25,515 nt of DNA from Macrostomum lignano. Its lineage: Eukaryota. The translations under genes and the position numbers were made by a program. The stretch covers positions 1-25,515 of the forward strand of contig NIVC01005125.1 of the NCBI GenBank assembly GCA_002269645.1. The letters are read 5' to 3'. Positions 11,701 to 22,230 of the stretch are shown one piece after another. Positions within the stretch are counted from its first letter, which is position 1. Every line of letters begins with the position of its first letter. Under the pieces are notes generated by a model. The model saw nothing but the letters and a program-made list of their open reading frames with translations. It was not told the DNA's origin and searched no databases.

Positions 11701-12841
11701 GGTAAGTGTCTTGCTCGAGGGCACAAATTGTTTCGAGTGGATCGAGAATCAAACCCCCGACAGTTTAGTCATGAGCCTGATGCTCTAACCACTAGGCAAA
11801 CCACTCATTTTGCATTGTTGCATGAAATTGGAATGTTGTGCTACGATTATTGCAAGTACAAGCCTTATAGGAAATGTCAATAGCAACAGAAAGCAATTTA
11901 AAACTGCAGGACAAGTACGTGATCAGCAGCCTGTTCATTCTGACGCTAATCTGTCTGTGGCACGGTCTAATTGTGGTCATTGACAAGATCATCCTCGAAC
12001 AGTTTGGCATGGTGTGGGACAGTCTGGAAACTTACGTAATCATTGGCATGGCATTCAGCTATGTTGCCTATAACGTTGGCTTTGTCATCATGATTTTTTG
12101 CGTGGTAAGCTCGCACGGTGGAGCGGTCTTGTCACTGGAATGTACTAAGTAAAATAGAATAATGTGCTCAAAGCTGGAAGCCTAAAAATACTACCTAAAT
12201 AAAGTCGTTCGTTTAAATTCGATGAAAAACAATATAACACTTTACAGGCCTGCAAGAGGCGACGAATAATGAAGCAGAAGGACAAGGAATACACGGTGAG
12301 CAAGCCTCAATACGATATTGCACCTACCAGCGCCTAAAGTGCTAAGTTGGGCAGCTTTTACGAGCGTAACTTTTTAAAAGACAAACTCTGTCAATTTTAC
12401 AATTTTACAGTCGTCCTCTTTTACAATCTAAATTTGCCCAACAATACAATAGTTTTGCATAAAAATGTTTAATGATTTAACTTTGTACTCGTAATTAATG
12501 TCTACTTCCTCCATATCCGGTTTGATCGCAAGAGGCTCCAATGCAGAAGTTCCGATTAAACGGTCCCCAGCTTGCTAGCTCGTAGCTTGCTGGTTATAAT
12601 GCAGAGAAGATATTCTCCCTTTTTATATCGCTTTTATCCTTTTTATAGCACCGGGTGAAGAGTTTTCAGCGCTATCAAAAAGTAATGTAGACTCGCAATA
12701 GCTAACCTCGTATATTTTCAGGAGCGAGTGAAAATGCAGGTGCGGTCCAAGGGAATGCGAACTAAACGGATGCTACAACAGACTCAGCTGCTACACGAGG
12801 TCAAGGAGAATGGGCAGTCCACGGCGGTTGCGTTCATTTGA
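8726..12841 (+). CDS. Cys-less pentameric ligand-gated ion channel subunit (Pro-loop receptor; neurotransmitter-gated ion channel superfamily)
   Basis: Exons 8726-8866, 9595-9783, 10336-10435, 10667-10824, 11244-11399, 11910-12104, 12248-12295 and 12722-12841 (TGA). All seven introns between them are GT-AG and in phase, giving 368 aa. Hallmarks: KIGEIDT..F.ADV.I...WREP, W.PKLYIEN, LELNHFPFDVQDL (Pro-loop), EQEW, ARRPAYFIWNIF (pre-M1), M2 RLQLTFTLVLTLVAF, LPKISYLTYLDKY (M2-M3), and four hydrophobic segments. Confidence 0.93.
11496..11806 (-). mobile_element. tRNA-derived SINE, antisense in a channel intron
   Basis: The minus strand reads an A-box-like TGGTTTGCCTAGTGGTTAG (+ 11785-11803) and a B-box-like GGTTTGATTCTC (+ 11744-11755). 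These are followed by GTGCCCTCGAGCAAGACACTT and CACCCAGCTGTAAAATGGGTGCC, motifs I recognise from conserved central domains of animal SINEs, and then an (ATT)n-like tail at about 11496-11511. Confidence 0.75.
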
Positions 12842-14494
12842 GTTCGACGAAATGACTGCTGTGGTATTCATGTCTGACTTGAGAAATTGTGACAAGAGCT
12901 GCGCGATCATGCAATGTACGAGGAACAATTACCCATAGTTCAATCAGTTTCGGCAAATGGGTGTCTTAACAGCGGGAAGGATTTCTCTATAGCTACAAAC
13001 CGCAAAAAATCGCAGATATTGTACCCTCAGGGAGCTTGAAATCTTGGCGCGACTGGGATCATAATCAGCCCCTGAACTCAACCAGCAGTCTGTTGCTCAA
13101 GATGTTGCTCAAGAACATCAGAAGGACTACATCAGCACGCTTTCTGATGCTAGCAAAAATGCAGAAGGTTTAACTTCCTGCTTGAACAGATCAGTCTCGC
13201 AGTGAAGGAGAAGCATATTAGTCGAATTTATTCATCAGAAGCGACTGTTTTCTCGGTTTTACTTCAGCTCTGCGACCCACAGAGTGTCGTTGAAAGAGAA
13301 TATTCTCTGTTTTCCGTCGGTTAAAACCCTGCAAAACGTTACACGGCGGGTTCAGTGAGAAACTGGGCTTGACAACACCGCCTTTCTGAGTCTCCGTATA
13401 TCGAAGCTGAATGCCTTGAAGAAAGCAACCTCTGGTGATCATCGACTTATTACTATTGCAGAAGGTCCAAGATTCAACTTATTATCCAAGATTCTATAAA
13501 TAATATACGAGTACAATGAGACTATAAAATTGAATATTTAGTCAGAATTAGACAGGAAAACTGGAATTGTTCCACGGGAAAGATTACAGGGCCATTACGC
13601 TCGTACGTGTAGGTAGGCTAGGCCCCTATGTGATCACATATGTAGGTACGCCCCACAGAGGTTTCTCATCCAGGCTCTACGAGCTAGTTACAAGGACCAC
13701 TGTAGGTCCTTGGCTAGTTATAGAGAAATCTTTGCCAGGAGGTGAGTCAATGTGTATTTAACTTTAAAATAACTTCAAAATTGCTCATTTAAACATTTTT
13801 TGCTTTTTCCTCATAACAAATAAAGTTAATTTTCGGCCTGGTTGTCTCGCTCTAAGCTAGCTATTGACTCAATACACAAGCTGCTATAAAGCTTATTGGG
13901 TTATCGTAGTTTTAGCTAACTTTAATTGTAACTGTACTCTCACGAATAGATCCTGTCGCTTCGGAAACAAGCTTATACAATTGACTTACATGCAGGATGC
14001 AGCTCAAATGCGAGCTTTTGTCGAAATGTTGACAATCTCCAATGCCAACCGTTTGTCTGCGTCAGTTATTTTCTTTTTTGTCCGGTCCTACAGCTAGCAG
14101 AACCGTTCTTATATGTTTAGCCGTACCTACAGCTGAGACTCCGCTTGCAACTTTAGTCACTGCGAATTGCCCTCATTTGACTTTTTCCGAGGCACCTGCT
14201 ATACACCAATTGGCTTTGAACCCGAATCTCTACTGATTAAACTTCAAACAACAACGCAGCTCTTTACTGGATCCATAAACAGTAAGCTCACATATGCCGC
14301 GCGCCTGTCAGTGCGAACTAAATTTCAGGCACCAGCAACTGCATCACACGGCACACGCAATATTCATTTTACAAATAAAAGATAATTAAATCGATTAAAT
14401 TTTCAAATGTTTTTTTGAAGTTCAGTGTATTTCCGATAACTTCATTGCAGACTTCAAGCGACACTCAGTCAATTGCAGAGCGTACTTGCAGATC

Positions 14495-17400
14495 TTACTG
14501 TGAACCAGAGTTTCCCTTAGTAGCCAGGTAAGGCCTCTGTTCCGTTGGACAGTTCACCCGGTCGTTCAAGACCCAGTCGGTTCGCTTCTTACCAACGGGT
14601 TCCAGCTGAAAGTGTGTAGATGAAGTTGAATGACGCTTGATGCTTCGACTGACATACTTAGTAGGAAGCTAATAGTTGATTTTGGAGACTCATTAATGAA
14701 TGAAATTCAAACAATTGATGAATATAAATATCTCGATGCGACGACTCGACTCATGGAGATAACTTGAATCTCACCATGGTATTCCAAAGAGCCAGTCCGC
14801 CAAGCGCATGTCCTTTGTCGCTCAGGTGGAAGCAGTCGGGCGCAAAGTAGGCCATGTCCGGCTCTCCCTGCCGTGGATTTTTAGGGTAGAAAGAAGTTTC
14901 ATTCATGAACGAATGGTTTACAACAATACCTATTGGACTTATTGGAGCAAATACGCTCATATTGGATTTGTTATTTTTGTATCTGACGATGATGCATCTG
15001 CTTGTGCTTGATTGAGAAATTATTTTACGCTTTTACGAGTACTCCTGCTGTAACAAACCTTTCATGTATTAAGAAAAATATCGTTGCTTCACTCGAAGTA
15101 ATCATCTCAAATCTTTAAAAAACATCAAACTTATGTTTGGTTAAATCCTTTAAATCTGTACCAAGGATGTCTGCCTTAGCCAATTGTTTGTACCACACAT
15201 TCAAACTAAAAAACATGCCCTGACGCACATTCGGTAGAGTAGGTGGGGTAATTTCGCGAAGGAAGGGCTGCAGAACAACAGTGAAGTCGGACTTTCGAGT
15301 CCATTTGGGATCTTCAGCAATCCTCCTGGCACGCCGCTGAAGCTCCATCGAGTACTCATAGACCTCCTCTTTGGACAATGTGGAACCGCATTTGCACCAG
15401 AAAGTCCTGCGCGTTTGTTTGCGAGTGTAATGTACATAGATTAGTTGCCATTATACATCAATTAAAGCTTAGTGCTTTAGTGCTAAGCTACAGATATTAA
15501 AAAAACTACATGAGTTGTGCATTACTGGAAATTTCATTCCCAATGCCCTGCCCAATACAAACTGAAAACAGTGCAATTTACTCACTGAAGCAAAGCTTTG
15601 CAGACAAGACTCTGATCCTTCAGATCATTAACTGCTGCCACATCCATCATCTCAATGAGATTGACAAACGCTCGAGGCACATTGTCGTACAGGTAATCCA
15701 AAGCAGTTCTAATATGCTTCTCATAGTTTTCTACAGAGAATCTGCTGGGATCCTTGCAGTGGTCGCAGACGTCGTTGCCTCCGATGAAGAGGTTAATTAG
15801 CTTCCAATCGGTCTCGAATGCCACCTTTTTGTCCTTTTTCATCTTTTCCACCAGTTGTCTGGCTTGGCGAGGCATATCTCTGGAGTAAAGAAATTAAAAC
15901 AAAGTTGAAACAGTTAAAACAATTGGACTGCTGATCCTAATAACAATACGAGGTCGATTTAATTAAGTCGATTCCGATCCTTGCCAATGAAGTCATGCAC
16001 ATTCACAGTTTATCTAACACGATCTAAAAATTTCTATAAGGCCCATCAAAATCGACTCAGTCGGGATTTTAAACACAGAGTCGATAGCAACAGGCTTACT
16101 CAGCTCTGTTGCCCACCACAGCCTCGTTGAAGCCGGCGAAGATGCCGTCCGGGCCACTAATTCCAGTCGAGAAACCGGTGAGTTTTGGGTTGAACTTCTT
16201 CAGCACGGCTGAAATGGTGCGGAACGATTTCTTCATTGGTAACAGCAAAGCATAGACATGTGTATTTTTTGCTTGTTAGATGCCAGAAATTACATGTAAA
16301 CTTTAATTCGACTGATGTCCTCTTAATAGGGGATCACTAGAAATTATGAGTACTCATACTAGCATCAGGATCGATTTTTATCTCTAATTTTCGAGTTTGC
16401 GTTCATTTTCATAATTTTACATTAATTTTCCGACTTAACTTGGCATAGTAGTGTGCTGAGACAAGTCTTCTTTGCCGCCCATGGTAAAACTGTGGCCCCG
16501 GTATTGCGTAAAGATGGTGAGCAGATTCTTGGAGTAAATGCCCATGCCAGCGGTGAGAGAGTCGCCGATGGCTCCAACAACATCGATATCAGCTGGCCGC
16601 AGTTTGTCAACGCTAGTCGGCGGACTGTGGCTGCGAACGACATCGCAGTTAAAAGCGGATCCAGTCTGAATTTTTTACCTTTCATAGTTTTAGCTTTTCT
16701 TCGACATTAAAATCAACCTGAGCTAGATACATGAGTACGAGTATTTTATCCACTATTATTCATTCAAATTATAACATTTAAAGTACATATAGTTGTCAGC
16801 ATGCAACCGATTCTTTTTAAAAATTAATAAACGGTTAACTGGCAAATATGCAACTTTAGTAAAAAGCCAACTTTCAGTTACTTAGAGCTAAATGAACACT
16901 CAATGTTTTACCGTTGGAACAGCGGCAACTGCGTGCTTCTCACGGGCGGCGTTCCACTTGCGCTCGTGCTCAATTCTGTGCCGCTTCAGCTTGTCAGAGG
17001 CATACAGTGCGGTCACAGCGCTCTGCAGCACACGCAGATAAGTTTCACCTGTAGTAATGTGGATTAGCATGTTGAAAATATATGGCTGCTTAAGTAAGCT
17101 TAAGCTTAAGTAAGCTTAAGTAAGCGTAAGCTTAAATGCCATGTTTTTCGGTTCTAAGGCATTTTAGGTGAGAATAGTCATTCAAAAAACTACAATGAAT
17201 TGTCTTGAGACAGTTATAGCAACTGCGTGACAGTGACTGGATACAACTAAGACCGTTTCCAGTCAACTGTCTCAACAACTAAGACAATTTTTTTAAATTG
17301 AATGTGCAGGTAGAAGAACGTAATTTAATCGTTTAATTAAATTTTCTTTGATGCAAAATGTCAAAAACGACCCGGCAGAATGCTTGAAGGTCAAAGATCC

Positions 17401-17864
17401 AGCGCTAGCATCAAGACACCATGGTTTTAGTTCCGGATTTAGGTCCGGATTTTGTACATGGTCACCTGGTGGCATCAACTGTTGGGAGCAACATAGAGCC
17501 ATATAAGACGCGGTTCACGTACCATCCATTATACGACAGAAATAATATGAAAATCGGTGCCCAGATTCACTTACCTGCAGGGATGACTTCGTTGTCAAAC
17601 GGTACCGCTTGCCTCAGAGTATCCACAATTTCCGCAAGATCTTCCTCGGACCGATCCCGTGATTTTGCGGATTCTGAAGATATGCAATTGAATGACGAAA
17701 TATAGCATTATTCTAAATCTACAAACTACTATTTGATAAATAAGGTTCTTAAAAGTACATGCAGTCCTAGCTGTTTCCTTTAGCTTACCCTGAGCTTCAG
17801 TCAGTGTCGGCAGCCAACAAGCCAATAAAAGACAAGTAGTCGCAACTAAAATATTCAGCTGCAT
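14495..17864 (-). CDS. PLB1: Phospholipase B1-like GDSL/SGNH lipase, secreted, single catalytic domain (440 aa)
   Basis: Exons 17864-17789, 17673-17575, 17048-16912, 16665-16440, 16208-16100, 15879-15586, 15406-15229, 14867-14775 and 14605-14495 (TAA). All introns are GT-AG and in phase. Signal peptide [24 protein letters not shown]. Motifs [19 protein letters not shown] (block I), [20 protein letters not shown] (block III), DFTVVLQPF and [14 protein letters not shown] (block V DxxH) are typical of PLB1 repeats. Confidence 0.94.
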
Positions 17865-18409
17865 CACGACGACTTAATGGTACCTGCTTTTTTGTGGAAA
17901 AAACCTTCAAACTTGAAATAAAAGCTGGACTACGCTTATAGGAACCGTCCTTTACTTTTTATACCCTCATAGCGATGACCTTTGTACTATCAGGAATTGC
18001 ATATATGATAAGTTTTATCGCTTTACAAACTGCCGCAACAGTTGCACCACCAATAGCTACTACAGTGGCGCCACCACACTCAGAAAGAACAACGCAAATG
18101 GGAAAACAAATTTGTGACATTTCCTCGTACTGATTATTAATGTGCAGGTCTTGAGCCGTTTCTCTAACTTTTTTCCGAAAAGCAACTGGTTGTTTCTCAT
18201 TTATCCTGTCTCACTTAAAACTGCAGGAGCATTCTAGAGTATATAGCTATATGTAGATTAGCTAAAACAAGTAATAGTTGAAAGGCTTGTATCATCCTAT
18301 TATCATAGATGTACAGTGTACATCCAGGCGTTTTCATAAAAACAAAGACATGTAGCATAAGATCTGCAAGACCATGCAAATAGACTTCAGATACCAATGC
18401 TTGCAACTA

Positions 18410-19654
18410 CGAGCCGGTTCTCATTAAGTTCTCAGAAAGATGTACTTCGCATTAATTGGGTTCAGTTGAAATTTGATTAAATTTGATCCATCATAAGGAA
18501 CCTAATTAACTTTCTCAACATACTTTTCACCCAGATCCAAGTATTTTTGCATTCGCTGGAACGACGAGTTTAAGCCCCTCCTTAAATCAGCTTTTTGGAA
18601 CGAGTCCAACTCAGCTCGCAAGGCATCCACGAGCTCCTCCCTTGAGTAAAATCGCCTCCCCTTCAAGTTCTTTTTCATTTTGTGCAAGAGGAACGATTCG
18701 CAAGGCGAGTAAGCCGTGCTGAAACTGTGTTGTCTGCAAAAATTGCTGGGCCAACCCTCCGGTGCGCTGTTGTGGTTAAGGAAGATGCCCTTTTACTCGG
18801 TTTTGGCCGCTCTTGAGTAGACGGTGCTGTATCATTAAACATTCATTGTAGCTCTGCGCTCGAGCAACACCAACCGCAAGATGCCACAGCGACGGAAAAA
18901 GATGACGGAAGTACTTCCCAACGCTTCGCTCGCGGCGAACTTTCAGCGGCGCATCCTCGTCACTGGTGACCCACTGACGGCTGTCTAGTCTCCGGGTCGC
19001 AGAATTAGACCCAGGTTTCTTAACCTGTGCGAATATTGTTCAGTAATTTTGAGGCAAAGCCATCAAATTTGTCGAGCATGAGACGCACGATCTCCATGCG
19101 GGCCTGCTTCTGAGCGACACTGAGGGGCACCCAGAGCGCGGACGCAGCATCCCGACGAGGTGATCGTTTAGGCAGGATCTTAAACAATGGTTGAATCCGA
19201 CACCCCGACAAGATTCTCTAACCGTCGAATCGTCACTCACCGATCTTCGTATAGGTGTCACTACACGATAGCAACGACTTTATCTGTAACGACGAAACTT
19301 TGACGGACTTCGCGGGGTTCTCCATACAGACTGGCCGAGTCGCAGCGGAAGCGGCTGAACTAAGCCGTAGACTATCGCCATAGACGGCCGCTTTGTCACC
19401 GAAGGCTGAACAGAGCGTATGATGGCAAGCAGCCGCCGTACTGTGCCCAGTCGAAACGGGACCAGGATAGCGTTGCGCCTGTCTCAATCAGCCAGGGTGG
19501 GCACAGTGCAGGGAAAACTAGAACCTTTTCTATAGTTGTCCCTGGGTGGGCAGTGGTGGCAGCAATTCAGCAGAACTTTGGCCACTTCGGCACATCATGA
19601 TGGCCGATGAAGCGGAAATTTTGCATTGCCTTGCCCCATTTGCATTGCCCCTCG
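18410..19654 (-). mobile_element. Degenerate mariner (Tc1/mariner) DNA transposon, inactive
   Basis: Minus-strand fragments across frameshifts and stops: FSRFRCD..EPR..VVTDK..EDR*VTIRRL (HTH region), ALWVPLS (WVPxxL motif), NIRTG*ETWV (TGDETW with D to stop), IFLNHNSAP (HDNA site), YSPCESFLL (YSPDLAPSD site with a deletion) and KKNLKGRRF..RMQKYLDLGEKYVEK (C-terminus). Both ends read TA-CGAG (18408-18413 and 19651-19656), 1245 bp apart. Confidence 0.88.
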
Positions 19655-19963
19655 TATCAATGGTCATAGCTTGTGCAGAGGCATAGGGAGAATTTCGTGG
19701 TGCTGTACGTCTTTAAATCTCTTATTTCTGAAATTCATGAAGGTTTATTCAACTAATAAATCGATTCATTCATATTTAAAAATAGGGAAAATTTGTCTTC
19801 TGTGTCTCATTTAGTAGTATGTGTAGAGTACGGAGGGAAAAATAAAGTTTGCAGATATCTTTTGGAACTCTCATCGGACACACTACTAAAATGAATGGCA
19901 CGGATGCGACTAACGGAGTAATAAACAGCTATAGTATATCAAGATGTTTCACAACCGTGCATT

Positions 19964-20997
19964 AATAGACTGGGACTAACAGAAGAGTTAGGAGTTATAA
20001 ACTCACAGAGACATTAATAGATCTCATCTCTATGATTCCATCTGCTCCCTTGGTCCATCTGCTGGCTCCTGTGGTTGTCTCCCTGCTTTGTATCTTGGCT
20101 CTCATATCTGACAGTGGATTGGTGTCCTGGGGAATGAGTTCGTCCCGAATCGGGAAATACCGGCTGAGTCCGGGTTCCTCTTGCTCCTTGTGCCCCTCAC
20201 CAACCCCTTGGCTTGGGAGCTTTTAGAGCTGGATAGCGAAAAAGCGTTGAGGCTTGCAGCCCTATAGGAGGATTTATGCGGTTGCCTACCTGATAGGAGA
20301 CTCGCCCATCGCAATAAGCTTCCAGACTCGCTCCAATCTAAAGCATTCTTTCCGTAGACTTCGGGCTTTCCCGCTCTCGGACCGCTTTCCAAAATTTTTA
20401 CAAAATTTTTCGCGCACTCGGGACTTGTCGCTAGGGGTTGCTTGGGTGGACTCGGTCCTAGCACCGTCCCTGATTCCACTATGGGTTGGCGGTGTCTTAG
20501 TCCATAGGCTTGGGTTAGTAGCGTCCAATAAGGCTCCACCAGGCCTTGAGTCCTGGTCCCAATCTAGGCTGCTCGGGCTATATGCCCCTGGTAGATAAGC
20601 CCCCTACAAGATCCAGCGGCAGAGCCAGAGCCCTCCTCCGGGCTGATCCGCGGTAGCACTGCTTCCCACCCCCCGTTTTAACAACAATAGATTGGGACTA
20701 ATTTCAATTACGAGTACCAGCCAACCGAAAGGAAACGAGCTAGCTAAGACGAGTTATCTAATACATACCCTCCACTGATGTATCTTAATGCATCCTAAGG
20801 TATTCTGGCTGGGAATCCCATTCTGTTCAAAAACAGCTTTAATTGTCCGAGACCGAATACGCAGAATTCTGTTACCGTTTCCGTGGTTGTAATGTTAAGT
20901 CTCTACAGCCTCTGTCGTTTAGGGGGGGGGCTTGCTCTAGCTGTAGGACCAGTTGGAGAGTGAACCCCGTCATTCTGTAAGAGCTAATACTGTAACA
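19964..20997 (-). mobile_element. Possible decayed LTR-retrotransposon remnant (LTR-like segment plus gag-like fragments)
   Basis: The minus strand starts TGTTACA at 20997, has ATTAAA at 20838-20843 and ...GATACA at 20779, followed by TCAGTGGAGGGT (weakly PBS-like). Downstream lies about 600 bp of GC-richer sequence with overlapping long frames (e.g. RSLRKECFRLERVWKL). There is no second LTR and no pol motif, so this rests on pattern resemblance only. Confidence 0.3.
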
Positions 20998-21470
20998 CTA
21001 CTCAAATGAACTTATATTTTTTACATGTAGAAAACCAACCCTGTATAAGATCAATCAATAACTTGGCGACAAGCGGTGCCGATTAAGGGGATGATGAAGC
21101 AGTGGGGCAAAGAAATTTGGTTCTGTACGTGTACTGAGAAGATCGAAGCAAGTCTCTCTTAAAGGTGCAAAACTTTTAATTTTCCACTTGGAGATAATGA
21201 GACTAGCTGTAACGGCTTAGCTTCATGTGGCAAGCAGCCTACTCGTAGACTCCTAGACGCAACTCTAGTGAACAAGAATGTTTTTCTGAAACACTTACTT
21301 GCGTACTACATGTATAGGTATGAATGAACCAGAATCCTATATAATTGAAAACAGACTATACATGTATGCGGCACTGCATGTATAAATCGTTAGTTGTGGC
21401 TTCCTCTTACTCCATGATCAGTGTGACCAATTTTTTAGCGACATTAACTACTGAATACTACGAGCGTAGC

Positions 21471-21533
21471 TGTTAACTGCATGCTATTGTAGTTATAGCT
21501 CGTAGATGTTAACTGCATGCTATTGTAGTTATA
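21471..21533. repeat. Local tandem duplication, 36-bp period, with a 27-bp perfect direct repeat TGTTAACTGCATGCTATTGTAGTTATA
   Basis: Copies at 21471-21497 and 21507-21533. Confidence 0.9.
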
Positions 21534-22230
21534 TATATGTAGTTATAGTTAAAACAACGCATTCTAAGAACTTTGGTGAGAGGGGATTCTGGGGTCAAGA
21601 CCCAAAAGGTGGCCGGTGGGCGGGCCTGTATTATAACGAAAATTCGCTTGGTTCCCTTTGTAGTTTTTGGAGTCTCCGCCGAAAGAGGGCCCTCCTTGTT
21701 GTGCCCCTTGCTCAGAGTTTTGTCGTACCTACATATGTACTGTGTAACATATACTGCTGTGTACTCGGCCCACATTAGCTATGCTTTCTGTTCATAAAAT
21801 AAACGCAGCATACTACTAGAAGTAGATGTAAACACATGACGTCCAAAAAATAGTGTTTTCATTTTAGTCAACTCTAAGAGATATAGCTGAGAGTTTTCCT
21901 CCCATGTAAGAATAACGACCTTGAATGGTAAAAAAGTTAAGCTTGTTTTTTGCGCTATTTTATCCTTGATTAGCAGTTTTTATAATTTTTTTCAGCGAAA
22001 AGCTAAACCCATTTACACAGAAACTAAGCAATTAACGTCAAATATTGAATGCACTAGTGTAAGCTTTTTAGGATCTACTTTGCGCAACTTCAATGAATGC
22101 AAATCGTTCCAAGAAACATGCAATATTTAAGCTTACCCGCAATAATATTTTCGGTATCACACTCGAGTCTAATTACGAAGCAGTTTCTGTTTACTCACTG
22201 AATTTGACCGACTAACGATCAAAGATCAAA

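Noticed and set aside
11745-11806. tRNA gene
   Set aside because: A/B boxes are present, but I see no complete cloverleaf or T-run terminator, and the sequence continues into a SINE body and tail.
17466-17478. 13-nt candidate microexon in PLB1-like intron 2 (CCCAACAG|TTGATGCCACCAG|GTGACC on the minus strand)
   Set aside because: Inclusion would shift the frame and create an immediate stop in the next exon; the flanking exons already join in phase.
18502-19487. Functional transposase or SETMAR-like domesticated gene
   Set aside because: Multiple in-frame stops, frameshifts and damage to all three catalytic motifs.
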